A stretch of DNA of 64,000 nucleotides from Promethearchaeota archaeon (lineage in GTDB: Archaea; Asgardarchaeota; Heimdallarchaeia; Hodarchaeales; Hodarchaeaceae): contig JBHLMN010000014.1 in NCBI GenBank assembly GCA_048938105.1, positions 32,001 through 96,000 of the forward strand, in the 5' to 3' direction. Position 1 is the first letter of the stretch. Each line of letters opens with the position of its first letter. This document shows positions 10,028-20,915 of the stretch, piece by piece. A program made the position numbers and the translations under genes. The notes beneath the pieces are model-generated. The model was not told the DNA's origin. It saw only the letters and a list, made by a program, of their open reading frames with translations, and did no database searches.

Positions 10028-10174
10028 ATGACGACCTATCTATGTCAAAAATGCCATCAGGAAATTGATCCTGCGGAGTTAGAAACTTTACCTGGGATTC
10101 GGTGTATTATTTGCGGTCACCGAATATTATTGAAAAAACGTCCCCCAATTATCAAACGGTTGAAGACAGATTGA
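10028..10174 (+). CDS. rpoP: RNA polymerase subunit Rpo12/RpoP, 48 aa, below the ORF-track cutoff
   Basis: Translated by hand: MTTYLCQKCHQEIDPAELETLPGIRCIICGHRILLKKRPPIIKRLKTD (CxxC...CxxC, RILLKKRP). Confidence 0.93.
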   Translation: MTTYLCQKCHQEIDPAELETLPGIRCIICGHRILLKKRPPIIKRLKTD

Positions 10175-10339
10175 ATCAAGTAAAAAGAGAATTTCTATAT
10201 CCTATTGATGCCAGCTAACAGGCAAAAGGGTGAGATTTAAAGTCTTTAATTTTCGATAGGTTTATATTCTCTTAGGAATAAAAAAAAGGCAGCTGATAAA
10301 ATATTCAGCTAACAAAAAATTTGAGGTTAATATGTCAAA

Positions 10340-10651
10340 ATGGGTAGTATATGCAAGACCTGCGGTCTGCCAATAGAGTTATGCGCTTGTTCTGATATCG
10401 CAAAAGAGGAACAAACCTCAATTCGGGTTTTCATTGAGAAACGAAAATGGGGACGTGAGGTAACAGTCATTGATGGGCTATCTAAGGATATTAATCTAAA
10501 AAGCCTATCTAAACGCCTAAAAAAGAGTTTAGCTACAGGTGGGACTACTAAAGACGGCCGAATTGAGCTACAGGGAAATTTTCTCCGCTTAATAGCCCCC
10601 ATCCTTATCAATGAGGGATTTCCTGAAACTTCTATTGAGCTACGCGAGTAA
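10340..10651 (+). CDS. sui1: Translation initiation factor aIF-1/SUI1
   Basis: CxxCGLP...C N-terminus, KRKWGREVTVIDG, LATGGT, IELQG. Confidence 0.93.
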   Translation: MGSICKTCGLPIELCACSDIAKEEQTSIRVFIEKRKWGREVTVIDGLSKDINLKSLSKRLKKSLATGGTTKDGRIELQGNFLRLIAPILINEGFPETSIELRE

Positions 10652-10781
10652 TTCTCGCAATTAAACCGACAGAATAATACTTTTCCCTAAAATGGAAGGG
10701 TTAGAATATAGTAAGAATAGACGCTGTACTTCTTGCTTTCGATAACAACTCGGAACTGATAGAATAGGTTTGTAATATTAT

Positions 10782-11102
10782 TTAATCTTGTGGTGTCTCT
10801 ATAGCTTCCACAAAGCGTTTTCCTGAAATCACTTGATCAATAGAATGAATAGAACCATGTAATTCCTTGATTGTTTTAGAAATGAGGTCGAAATCCATAT
10901 TAGAACCCTCAATCACAACTTTTAAGTTCTCGGTTTTTGCATCTACTTCAACTAGTGTACAGTTCACTGCAGCTACTCCATCTACTTGTTCTAAAGCTGT
11001 TGCAAAAGAAACTATAGACGGATCATGAAGTTTTAACACATCCAACACAAGCCGACGAACACCGCTCTTTTGTGAGTCTTTTCCTTTTTCTGAATCAGTC
11101 AT
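10782..11102 (-). CDS. DUF211 family protein
   Basis: VRRLVLDVLK, GSIHSIDQV. Confidence 0.85.
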   Translation of the reverse strand: MTDSEKGKDSQKSGVRRLVLDVLKLHDPSIVSFATALEQVDGVAAVNCTLVEVDAKTENLKVVIEGSNMDFDLISKTIKELHGSIHSIDQVISGKRFVEAIETPQD

Positions 11103-11214
11103 TTATATTAGGATCTCCAAGTGTATCCAATTTTGAAGAGAAAATGCTGATGAGAGCTTTCTCACAAAAAAGATTTAAACCTTTACAGAAGAATTACACT
11201 GGTGTGACATTTAA

Positions 11215-11538
11215 ATGTCTGATTTATCGAAGTTTCTTCCTAAAAAAAGAAATGAAAAACCATCGACATCATTAAAAAACCAAAAAACTAAACCTAGAAT
11301 TATAGATCGAAAAAGATCTCCCTTTTCATTAGAACAATTAAGTAAGGAGCAGCTGATTAATCTACTAGAACCTGTAATGGCTGCGATCCCAGGTTTTGCA
11401 GCCAATTTAGCTTGGACACGTCAAAAAATTCTCCCACAAAATCCTACAATTCATCCTGAAGAGTTAGCGCAACAATTAGCAATTCCTTTGCTTGAAGCTT
11501 ATGTAATTTTAGCGCAGCTCCAATCAGGCCAAGACTAG
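11215..11538 (+). CDS. Hypothetical protein, possible C-terminal HTH
   Basis: GGTGA-like RBS upstream; IHPEELAQQLAIPLLEAY. Confidence 0.6.
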   Translation: MSDLSKFLPKKRNEKPSTSLKNQKTKPRIIDRKRSPFSLEQLSKEQLINLLEPVMAAIPGFAANLAWTRQKILPQNPTIHPEELAQQLAIPLLEAYVILAQLQSGQD

Positions 11539-12842
11539 CTAGTATCGGAATGGAACATGAGCCCAGCTATCTCTTGATACGAAGTTAATTTATTTAAAGC
11601 ATCAATACAGCTTTTTATCAGAGGTGCGTTTTGTAATTCTTCCGCTTTTGTTTTTGCTGACTCAAGTTCTTGCTGAGCTTCTTTGAAATGCTCTATCGCT
11701 TCTGGAATCATCTCATCATACTCTGTTACCGCTTGGCAAAACAGTTGCATAGCTTTGAAGTAGCTGATTTGTGGCTCGAAATTATCCCTTAAGGACTCAC
11801 TAGGTATTTTTTGAAGAACTTTTTCCAATGTTTGGCTTGCATAAGAAAATTGAAGAGCAGCCTGCTCATTGTTATCTTGTATCATAAGATTTTTAGCCGT
11901 TGCTTCGTAATATGAAGAATATTGGATTTGTTCTTGAAGTTCGTACTCTATACTTTGGCGAATATTGTTTAAAGAATGGTAGAGTTGAGCTGATTTCTGA
12001 TAGCTGTCTTTTGCAGGATTAAATTGTTCTGCTTCTGACCTTTCTAGGCCTTGAGTAAAGAGTGTCTCTGCTTGATGTTCTAGTTTTTCTAAAGTCAGTA
12101 AAACAATATCATCATGTATTTTTTCTACAAACGATTGGAGTTTGGGTCGGCCAAGAAATGAAGCTTTTTTAAAATTTTTAAGGGCCTCATACAGATCATT
12201 AGAGTTATTGGAATTCTTTCCTCGCAACCGATAAAGGTGACCTGTTGAATAAAAGATATTACTCAAAGAATCAAAATAATGATCATAGTCATTATTACTC
12301 TGTTCAGTCATCAATTCATTATTATACCTATTTATTGTTTCAACATATAAGACATCAGCTTGTACAATGTCATTTTCGGCTTCTGCTACCTGTGCTCGGG
12401 TTTCCTGTATTCGAGCATCAATCCGTAACACAAGACGATCAATATCATATTGGAGTTGAGCATATAAATCAGGAAATTGGGTTTGAGTCTCTAATATGGC
12501 AGACTGTATTTTTTGATAAGAATTAAGGGCTTTTTTTGCCCGATTGCTGAAAAATATGAATTCAGAGTTATTGAATTGACGTAGATGTTGGAGAATGCGT
12601 ATGTAGAATTCTTTTTCAGGAAAATCCATTGATACTAAAGTTTCACCAAGGTTATCACATTGGTTTACCGTTTCAACCGTTTCATCTGCTGAAAGGCGAT
12701 ATTTTTGCTTTAGAATCTTTTTAACTTCCACTAATATGCTCTCATCGGACAAGCGATAGCCCTCTGTATTATTTAGATATCTTGATCTTTTATTGCATCT
12801 TCTCATTAAGTCGTAGTTCTCTATAAATAGGGTTCGAATCAA
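11535..12842 (-). CDS. TPR-like alpha-solenoid protein (true start may be downstream)
   Basis: Repeated A..Y..A helix pairs (AKDSYQKSAQLY, AALQFSYA, AIEHFKEA). Confidence 0.75.
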   Translation of the reverse strand: MIRTLFIENYDLMRRCNKRSRYLNNTEGYRLSDESILVEVKKILKQKYRLSADETVETVNQCDNLGETLVSMDFPEKEFYIRILQHLRQFNNSEFIFFSNRAKKALNSYQKIQSAILETQTQFPDLYAQLQYDIDRLVLRIDARIQETRAQVAEAENDIVQADVLYVETINRYNNELMTEQSNNDYDHYFDSLSNIFYSTGHLYRLRGKNSNNSNDLYEALKNFKKASFLGRPKLQSFVEKIHDDIVLLTLEKLEHQAETLFTQGLERSEAEQFNPAKDSYQKSAQLYHSLNNIRQSIEYELQEQIQYSSYYEATAKNLMIQDNNEQAALQFSYASQTLEKVLQKIPSESLRDNFEPQISYFKAMQLFCQAVTEYDEMIPEAIEHFKEAQQELESAKTKAEELQNAPLIKSCIDALNKLTSYQEIAGLMFHSDTS

Positions 12843-12906
12843 CGTCTATATATTTGTTTATGTAAAAACTCTTTTGACGATGAACCAGACATTGGACTGA
12901 AAATAG

Positions 12907-13935
12907 GTGAATATCGTGAGTGATTGGACATCTGAAGAAGGAATAACGGAAGAAGAGAAGATTTACTACTATCGAAAGGCTGGCCAGATTGGATATGAAG
13001 TTCTGAACAGCGTGAAAGATATGATTAAACCTGACATACCTATTATTCAGATTTGTGAAACTGCGGAGGAGATGATACTCAAGAAAGGGGCTGATGGGTT
13101 TGGTTTTCCAACCAATGTGTCTATTAACCATATTGCAGCTCACTATTCCAGTCCTTATGGTGATGAAAGTGTGATACCTGATGAAGGAAGTATCAAACTA
13201 GATATTGGTATTCACTGTAATGGATATATTGCTGATACTGCAACAACAGTTATTCTTTCTCCTGAGTTAAAAGAATTGAAAACAGCCGCTGAAGAAGGAT
13301 TTAATGCAGCGATGGAAATTATTCAGGCTGGAACTTTACCATCAGTTGTGGGAAAACGAATTGAAGAGACAATCACAAGCTATGGATATCGTCCAATCAG
13401 AGAACTAACAGGTCATAAACTTGGAAGATATGAATTGCATGGAGATAAACGATTACCGAATATTAGTTCCCCCTATGACCCTGTAGAAAGCGCTTTAGAT
13501 GTTGGTGAGGCTTACGCGTTAGAAACTTTTGCCTCATCAGGAACAGGTAGTATTCATGAGGTAGTTGGTACAAAAACTATTTACATGCTTCTCCCAAGAC
13601 GTGTACCTTTACGTAATCCTGTTTCACGAAAGATCTACTCAACCGCCTATAAGAACTATAAAACCTTACCTTTTGCAGAGCGATGGTTAACAACATATGA
13701 TGATTTCAATCGTGCAAGGGTTCGTTTTGCATTACGTGAACTTCTGAATGGAGGGGGTGTTATTGCTTATCCACCTTTAGCTGATGAGAAAGGGAGTTAT
13801 ATTGCCCAACATGAACATACATTCATTATTACCAAGGATGAGGGTGTAATTATTACAACACAACCCCCATTTGATTATGAAATGCCAGATAGCCTGCATG
13901 AAAAACCAGATACTGTCGTTGAGGAAGAGAAATGA
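12907..13935 (+). CDS. map: Methionine aminopeptidase type II
   Basis: FPTNVSINHIAAHY, KLDIGIH..GYIADTA, LTGH, ALETFAS, AQHEHT. Confidence 0.96.
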   Translation: MNIVSDWTSEEGITEEEKIYYYRKAGQIGYEVLNSVKDMIKPDIPIIQICETAEEMILKKGADGFGFPTNVSINHIAAHYSSPYGDESVIPDEGSIKLDIGIHCNGYIADTATTVILSPELKELKTAAEEGFNAAMEIIQAGTLPSVVGKRIEETITSYGYRPIRELTGHKLGRYELHGDKRLPNISSPYDPVESALDVGEAYALETFASSGTGSIHEVVGTKTIYMLLPRRVPLRNPVSRKIYSTAYKNYKTLPFAERWLTTYDDFNRARVRFALRELLNGGGVIAYPPLADEKGSYIAQHEHTFIITKDEGVIITTQPPFDYEMPDSLHEKPDTVVEEEK

Positions 13936-14178
13936 ATTCAAAAGGCTATTAAAGCATTTTAATCTCTCAAACTGTGATTTTAACGTTAAATCTCCTTTTT
14001 CATAATTAAAAAGGAAGTATTTTATCTTAAATCACTGACTTATTCCTTAAGGTTTTTACATAAAACTTGTGTTCATAAAATCCTTCCTATGAGGAAGAAT
14101 AACACTACTGATTATAATAAAAATCATGAATGGTATGATGTAGTTAAATAGCTGTTTGGTACACTGGAATAATCTATC

Positions 14179-16170
14179 GTGGTTGAATTGAGCTCTTCAT
14201 CCGATTTAAAGAGAATCCTCTATACTCTTCGCAAGAAAGGAGTCATCGATGAGAATCAGTTCGTCCAAGCTCTTGATAAACTAAAAAAGCCTTCTAAATC
14301 TGTTCAAAATCAATTAGTACCCTTATTGGATATGTTTGGACTATATAACATTGATGTAGAGTTACAGAAACTTGATCGTTATCTTATAAATATCGAAAAG
14401 TCAATTAGGGAAACAATTCAGACTTGGGAGACAGGAGAATTATCGAAAGATGAGACAAAAGCTGTTCTGACAAAACTAGTCTCGCAGAAAAATGCACTAA
14501 TTCATAACCGTGAAAAACTTCAACATCGCATTCAAACAACGGTATCACGATTAAAAACTTTGAAAAAAACATCTAATTTTGATTTAGAAGGTTTTACTTC
14601 GTCCCTTCTTCAGAGTGCTGATGTAGAAAAAATGACCAATCTTATTATAGAGTTCACAGATATTTGGTCAAAATATTCCCCAGAAGGATCCGAATATGAA
14701 CTTAAACAAGTGCCTGAAGAGCTAGATGAAGTCGAGCTCGAGATTTTACAATCCTTAATGGTTCCAATAACTGAAAAAGAAAGAATCGTATTCAATTTAG
14801 ATGATATTATTCAACCTGTAGATCAAAATAGGAATTCTTCATTATCCTTGCTTGGAGATAAGAACCAAAAGGAGGTATTCTCAGACGACGTTCATATTGA
14901 TCGTGAAAGTTATGTTCAAAAACAAGAAAGGCTATCTTCATGGGAATTGGTCGGATTGGTTGCATTTAATCCCAATAAGAGCCCCATAGGGTATTTTCGT
15001 TCGCCAATTGTAGTAAATGAGACCATTTTTCTACCTGTTGTTAATGAAGAAACATTATCTACGCACGTACTAAAAGAAAAATATGAGGATTTTTTCAAAC
15101 AAGCTAAGCTTGATTTAACCGTAACAACGACTCAGCAGATTAGAGCAACTATAGCTAAGACTTTGAAGATTCCAGAAGGATTGACATTACAACCTTCTTT
15201 TTTTAATCAATGGATAAGCGATCTAGGTTTTGAAGCAACACCTGCCAAACCACAATTGAATAAAGTACGGTTTGTTGAGCTTGATACAATTGACTGTTCT
15301 TCTTCAGATATGCCGATCGTTAAAAACGAAGAATTAAAAACAATCAGCATTCCTGCGTGGATTCCTGCTCGTGGAGGAAATGTTTCAAAACCAGTGCACA
15401 TTGAACAAAAAATCATTGGGATGGCAGGGTCAAACTTTGGAGTAATTGTCGGAATTATGAATGACACCCCTTTTGGCCAAGCATTGGTCATTAAACGGGA
15501 GATCCCTCCCTCTTATCTGTTAGATTTGTATTTAAAAGGACTTGGGAAAGAAAATCTCGCTGAACTTCGATTTACCTTTGCAAAAGAGCTGAATATAGGA
15601 GAAGGAGAGGCTTTTCGCGAAGATAGTTTGTGGATGGTAAATAATCAAGAACGTCTGCTAATATCCCCTCATGAGATTACAGTATCATATTATTCAGTCC
15701 TTCCAGCTGAAGCATTCACGTTTTCAGAAATAATTCGTGCCAAAATCGGAGTATATTTCCATTCGGTTCCAGAAACCTTCCGCTATCTGATTGGCAAACC
15801 ATTAACTGGAACAGACACAAAATTGGGTTTGATTTATGGTTTTTCAGTTCATCAAGGGGAATTGTACATCCTTTGGTCCTCTAAAACTGCTGTTAATATA
15901 ATAAAAGAGATAGGGAGGAAGTCTTCAGATCAATATGTTAATCGTTTACAGCGTCGGATTTCTCTTGCATTAGATATTCCTCTTGAAGAAAGTTTATGGC
16001 CAAGTAATCTAGCACGATATTTCATGAACTTCATATGGATGGAAGAACAGCTAACATTGAAAAAGGCACTTGTTACTATCGAAGAACAATTCTCTTTACA
16101 AAAGATATCATTCTCGGAAATTACCGAAATAACCAAAGATGGTCTGAAATGCAAAGGAAATCATGGTTAA
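14179..16170 (+). CDS. Hypothetical protein: N-terminal coiled coil plus three PRC-barrel-like repeats
   Basis: Three internal repeats (LVGLVAFN..IGY; IEQKIIG..FGVI; LIGKPL..LGLI), each followed by a related helical insert. Confidence 0.7.
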   Translation: MVELSSSSDLKRILYTLRKKGVIDENQFVQALDKLKKPSKSVQNQLVPLLDMFGLYNIDVELQKLDRYLINIEKSIRETIQTWETGELSKDETKAVLTKLVSQKNALIHNREKLQHRIQTTVSRLKTLKKTSNFDLEGFTSSLLQSADVEKMTNLIIEFTDIWSKYSPEGSEYELKQVPEELDEVELEILQSLMVPITEKERIVFNLDDIIQPVDQNRNSSLSLLGDKNQKEVFSDDVHIDRESYVQKQERLSSWELVGLVAFNPNKSPIGYFRSPIVVNETIFLPVVNEETLSTHVLKEKYEDFFKQAKLDLTVTTTQQIRATIAKTLKIPEGLTLQPSFFNQWISDLGFEATPAKPQLNKVRFVELDTIDCSSSDMPIVKNEELKTISIPAWIPARGGNVSKPVHIEQKIIGMAGSNFGVIVGIMNDTPFGQALVIKREIPPSYLLDLYLKGLGKENLAELRFTFAKELNIGEGEAFREDSLWMVNNQERLLISPHEITVSYYSVLPAEAFTFSEIIRAKIGVYFHSVPETFRYLIGKPLTGTDTKLGLIYGFSVHQGELYILWSSKTAVNIIKEIGRKSSDQYVNRLQRRISLALDIPLEESLWPSNLARYFMNFIWMEEQLTLKKALVTIEEQFSLQKISFSEITEITKDGLKCKGNHG

Positions 16171-16445
16171 AATCCGATGACAAAGACACACTAGTAATAG
16201 TTAATGTGAAAACTCTTCAAAAAGAAGATCAGTTTATTGTCAATGAAGAAAGCCTTGTAGTAACAGTTAAGGCTCCTCCTACCAAGGGAAAGGCAAATAG
16301 AAAGCTTTTGAGAATGTTTCGGAAAAAATTCCACACAGATGTCATATTGGAGTCAGGGCAGACTAGCTCAACAAAGGTCTTTCGACTTAGGAGCTTATCA
16401 CCACAACAAGTAATAGAATTCTTAGGAGAGGAAGAGATGAAGTAA
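16149..16445 (+). CDS. DUF167/YggU family protein (start revised to the ATG at 16149)
   Basis: VTVKAPPTKGKANRKL, LESGQTSSTKVF. Confidence 0.85.
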   Translation: MQRKSWLKSDDKDTLVIVNVKTLQKEDQFIVNEESLVVTVKAPPTKGKANRKLLRMFRKKFHTDVILESGQTSSTKVFRLRSLSPQQVIEFLGEEEMK

Positions 16446-16544
16446 CAAGATAATCTCCGCAGCAGATTCTAATGAATCCTAGCAAACAAATAAAAAAAAT
16501 AATCTAAGAAAAATGAAAAGAAAGATGGAGTGAGATCACTCATC

Positions 16545-18578
16545 TTAAAATTTAATCTCACCCATCATTTTCCGTCTTGCAATGAGCTCTTCAACGACTT
16601 CTGGATTGGATAACGTCATCACATTACCAATATCTTTGTTTTCTGCAACAGCCTTAAGAATTCGTCTCATTATTTTCCCTGATCGGGTTTTTGGTACGGC
16701 ATCTGCAAACATGATAACCTCAGGATAAACTGCAGGACCAGCTACCGATCGAACGTGAGCTTGAATATTTTTCTTCAATTCTTCAGTCTGTTCCACATCG
16801 CTCATGAGCGTAATGTAAGCAAAAATAGTCGAGCCTTTGATAGGATGGGGGTAGGGAATAACTGCGCTTTCAGCAACCCTGGGGTGGGAGTTAATGGCAG
16901 CTTCAACTTCAGCTGACCCAAGTCGGTGACCTGAGACTTTAATCACGTCATCAGATCGGCCAAGGATGAAATAATAACCTTCCTCGTCAATCATTGCATA
17001 GTCACCTGTGAAATAGTGTTTTGGGAATTGAGTTAGATAAGTATTAACAAAGCGCTCATGATCGCCCCAAACAGTCCTCATGAGGCCTGGCCACGGTTTA
17101 TCGTATGCAAAATAAGCTTGTGTATTAGCAGCAGTGATTCTTTCACCAGAATCGTCTAATAAGACGGGATTGACTCCGTAGAATGGAAAGGTGCATGAAC
17201 CAGCTTTCATTGGAGTAATAGCACCAAAATTAACCATCATGTAAGAACCTGTTTCTGTTTGCCAGTAGCTGTCCACAATGGGCCGACCTTTTGGTTTATC
17301 CCCACTAGAACCCTGTCCAACGACATCCCAGTACCATTTCCATTCTGGCCAATTACAAACTTCTCCTACTGTTCCCAACATTTTAAGTTTGCTAAGATTC
17401 CATTTAGTGACATGTTCGTCACCAAATTTCATTAATGCACGAATGGCAGTTGGTGCGGTGTAAAAATGAGTCACTCCAAATTTTTCACAAATTTCCCAGA
17501 ATCTACCCCGATGTGGATATGTGGGTACACCTTCATACATAATAGAAATTGCCCCAAGAGTTAAGGGGGCATAAATGATTTGTGTATGTCCTGTAATCCA
17601 TCCGATATCTGCGGTACAATACCATACATCTCGTGCTGCTGGTGGGGCACCTTTTAAATCAAGTAAGCAGGAATAATCCCATACATAGAAGTTAGTGGAA
17701 ACACCATAAATCAAATAACCAGCTGTAGTATGCACAACACCTTTCGGTTTTCCAGTAGTACCACTTGTATATAGAATGAACAGGGGATCTTCAGCATCCA
17801 TCACTTCGCTCTCGCATTCTGTTGATTGTTTCCGCATTAAAGCTAAGAAATCGACATCTTTCTGGTATTCATAGACATCTCCACCAGTAAGTTTGATGAC
17901 CGCAACGACTTCAATTGAGGGACAAGTTTCAATAATACCTCGAAGGTTGTTTTTCATTGGTCTATTTTTTCCAGCTCTTCGAACTTCATCCGCAACAATC
18001 AAGACTTTACATTCAGAATCATCAATCCGATCTTTAACTGACTCTGCAGAAAAACCACCAAATACAATCGAATGGATAGCACCAATACGAGCACATGCTA
18101 ACATAACGATAGCGAGGGAATCGATCATGGGTAACCAAATACAGACACGATCGCCTTTCTTAATTCCTAAAGATTTTAAAGCATTAGCAGCTTGATTAAC
18201 TTCGTCCATCAGTGATTTGTAGCTATATTTTTTGACACTGTCGTCTTCTCCCATCCAGATTAATGCAGTTTCATCGCCATATCCTTTCTCTACCCAACGA
18301 TCAAGACAATTGTATGTAACATTAAGCTTACCTCCCACAAACCATTTTCCAACGAATTCATCTTTATTTCCTGTTGGGGGAACCCAAACTTTCTCGTATG
18401 GAGAAAACCAATCGATTTTTTTCGCTTCCTCTGCCCAAAATTCCTCGATATTTTCGACGGAATACTTCCATTTTTTGAAATACTCCACCATATTTGGAGT
18501 TCTAGCATTCTTAGCCAGTTCAGGCTGAGGATAATACTTTTTCGCTTTTTCTTTCTCTGTTTCTGTTAGCTCTGACAT
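16545..18578 (-). CDS. acs: AMP-forming acetyl-CoA synthetase
   Basis: LYTSGTTGKPKG, WQTETG, GRSDDV, PKTRSGKIMRR. Confidence 0.96.
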   Translation of the reverse strand: MSELTETEKEKAKKYYPQPELAKNARTPNMVEYFKKWKYSVENIEEFWAEEAKKIDWFSPYEKVWVPPTGNKDEFVGKWFVGGKLNVTYNCLDRWVEKGYGDETALIWMGEDDSVKKYSYKSLMDEVNQAANALKSLGIKKGDRVCIWLPMIDSLAIVMLACARIGAIHSIVFGGFSAESVKDRIDDSECKVLIVADEVRRAGKNRPMKNNLRGIIETCPSIEVVAVIKLTGGDVYEYQKDVDFLALMRKQSTECESEVMDAEDPLFILYTSGTTGKPKGVVHTTAGYLIYGVSTNFYVWDYSCLLDLKGAPPAARDVWYCTADIGWITGHTQIIYAPLTLGAISIMYEGVPTYPHRGRFWEICEKFGVTHFYTAPTAIRALMKFGDEHVTKWNLSKLKMLGTVGEVCNWPEWKWYWDVVGQGSSGDKPKGRPIVDSYWQTETGSYMMVNFGAITPMKAGSCTFPFYGVNPVLLDDSGERITAANTQAYFAYDKPWPGLMRTVWGDHERFVNTYLTQFPKHYFTGDYAMIDEEGYYFILGRSDDVIKVSGHRLGSAEVEAAINSHPRVAESAVIPYPHPIKGSTIFAYITLMSDVEQTEELKKNIQAHVRSVAGPAVYPEVIMFADAVPKTRSGKIMRRILKAVAENKDIGNVMTLSNPEVVEELIARRKMMGEIKF

Positions 18579-18843
18579 AATATCGCCTAAATAATTATTC
18601 GTTTCACTATAGTGTGAAATTAGGTAACATTAAAGAGGAAAATGAGCCTCGATAATCTGATTCTGAGCGACTCAAGAACTTTTTAAGAAGTTTCTTTCAT
18701 CTAAAAATAACTAATTTATAATCTATTAGCGAGATTTTTTCTTTTATGCAAAAAAAATGCGATAAGAACAATTACACAGATGTCTGGTAATTTTCAAAAA
18801 TAAAAAGATGTAAAGCGTCTTTTTTAATGACGCTTATATATTT

Positions 18844-20118
18844 TTAAGCCATCTTGTGACGTGCTAACAATTCAGTTACTATTGCTAGTCCTAGAGCTAG
18901 AAAAGCAAGTAAACCAAGAAGTGGGAATGCATCTTTATAATCAAGTATTCCAGCTATGAAGGGACCCAGAGCTCCTGCAACACCATACGCAGTAAAGACT
19001 AAACCATAATTTCTTCCAAGATTTTTTGTTCCAAAATAGTCGTCTGTCGCGGAAGGAAATAGAGCAAAATTCCCACCAAAACAAAAACCAATGACACAGG
19101 CTCCAATGATTAAAAATAAAAATTCCGTCTGGATTCCAAAGAAAAACATTGCTATTCCCAATGTACCAAACATTACAATCATTGTAATGATTCTTCCAAG
19201 TTTATCAGAAATTGCACCCCAAACAATCCTTCCTGCTGAATTGAATACAGACAAGAAAGATCCTGTTGTTACTGCTAATATACTAGCTTCTTCTGCTGTA
19301 ATTCCTCCTGATATAAGCTGGGCTTCTGTGAATGTTGTTACATTTCCAATGGTCATCAATCCAGCAGCAGCAGCTAAAATAAACATCCCCCAAAGAAGCC
19401 AGAACTGGGGAGTCTGAACCATTTCATTTGGCTCAAAATCTTTTTTATCTTCTATTGTTTTGATTTGACTTGGTCGTGGGGTATATCCTGATGGTACCCA
19501 ACCGTTAGGAGGATTCTGAAGCATTTGAGCTGAGCCTACCACTAGAACAAGGAAAAGTATTCCAAGAAACCAGAAAGCTAAACCAATTTTACCAGCTCCT
19601 ATGTCCTTAATCAACAATTCCTCAATATACAAAAGGAAAAAAGCTCCAAGACCGAACCCTGCAACTGCAATCCCAGTGATAAGTCCTTTAAGGTCAGGGA
19701 ACCATTTAACTAATGCAGCTATCGGGCAGACATATGCAAACCCTATACCAGCGCCACCTACTAATCCATAAGTTAGTACAATCCAAACGAATCCTAATAA
19801 TTCATTTCCATTAGCAATGACATCAACGAATCCTGCTAGGATCCAACCAACACCCAAAAGTAACCCCCCAATCGTAGCTACTTTTTTGGGGCCCACCTGA
19901 TCTTGCCATCTACCTGCAAAGATCATAAAACCTGCAAATGAAGCCAAGCCAACAGTAAATGGTAGTTGAGTTAATAGCTTGTTCCAGACATAAGCTCCAG
20001 TATCACTAAAAAGAGCTGTTTGGAATTTCGACCATGCATAGATTGAGCCTAAGCAAAGTTGGATTATTATTGCGGGTATTATCAAGATATAGCGATTAAT
20101 CACTTCTTCTTCACTCAA
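18844..20118 (-). CDS. MFS transporter, oxalate/formate antiporter (monocarboxylate) family
   Basis: CLGSIYAWS, VKWFPD.KG, GRIVWG.ISDKLGR, FGTKNLGRNYG; about 12 hydrophobic segments. Confidence 0.9.
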   Translation of the reverse strand: MSEEEVINRYILIIPAIIIQLCLGSIYAWSKFQTALFSDTGAYVWNKLLTQLPFTVGLASFAGFMIFAGRWQDQVGPKKVATIGGLLLGVGWILAGFVDVIANGNELLGFVWIVLTYGLVGGAGIGFAYVCPIAALVKWFPDLKGLITGIAVAGFGLGAFFLLYIEELLIKDIGAGKIGLAFWFLGILFLVLVVGSAQMLQNPPNGWVPSGYTPRPSQIKTIEDKKDFEPNEMVQTPQFWLLWGMFILAAAAGLMTIGNVTTFTEAQLISGGITAEEASILAVTTGSFLSVFNSAGRIVWGAISDKLGRIITMIVMFGTLGIAMFFFGIQTEFLFLIIGACVIGFCFGGNFALFPSATDDYFGTKNLGRNYGLVFTAYGVAGALGPFIAGILDYKDAFPLLGLLAFLALGLAIVTELLARHKMA

Positions 20119-20358
20119 ACTGAAGTCTCCTATATTTTCTGAATCTGGTTTGTAAAAATACGAATGCTTATTATTTCAAAGGCTTGATAGAAGGAAAAAA
20201 TATGAGCTATAAATATTTAAAGATAGTTTTTCTCATAATGTGGCTACAAGATGGTGTTTTGGAGTTTTAGTTGTAGAAACAAGGTTTATCATATCAAGCT
20301 TTTTTGTAAATACTACTCTTTAAATGCTAAATCTTTTCTAGGGTCTATTCGTTGAAAT

Positions 20359-20892
20359 TCATACTAGTCCCAGTTTCTGAAAGTCAGATATTAATTTCCT
20401 TCGTTCTTCCCACGCGTCTCTAATAGCTGATAAATCATCCAAAATTTCATTTGTTAAACGGCTACTATCTGACAGCATACCACTTTCAATAGCGTCATCA
20501 AAACGAGAAATTTTATCATCCAAGCGGCCAATAATATCGAGAATTGTTTTTTCTAATGTATAAAGATAGCTCAAATCGAATTCCTTGATCACTTCGGAGT
20601 CAAAAAAAGTACTAATACCATATTCTGTCATTCGAATTAAATATCTAAGGTCTGAAAAGCTAGAGATTAATCTGTCAAGATCAGACCATGTCGTAATCAT
20701 CTGACTCATTAAAGCTGCTTCTTGAATCTTTTTGATGTCATCGGAGCATGTTGAGAGGCGTGATTCCAGATATTGTCGTACAGCTTCCTCGGTTGATTTT
20801 CGATCTGTCAGTTTTTCATATTTACCATAATCAGGAATCTCTTTAGCTATTGATTTACGTGCTTCGCTGCTTTCAGGATCCAATTTAGGCAT
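20359..20892 (-). CDS. Conserved-looking helical hypothetical protein
   Basis: Intact ORF at the end of the MoxR cluster; IPDYGKY, YGISTFFD motifs. Confidence 0.7.
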   Translation of the reverse strand: MPKLDPESSEARKSIAKEIPDYGKYEKLTDRKSTEEAVRQYLESRLSTCSDDIKKIQEAALMSQMITTWSDLDRLISSFSDLRYLIRMTEYGISTFFDSEVIKEFDLSYLYTLEKTILDIIGRLDDKISRFDDAIESGMLSDSSRLTNEILDDLSAIRDAWEERRKLISDFQKLGLV

Positions 20893-20915
20893 TAAAAATT
20901 CCTCGAGTAATAAGA

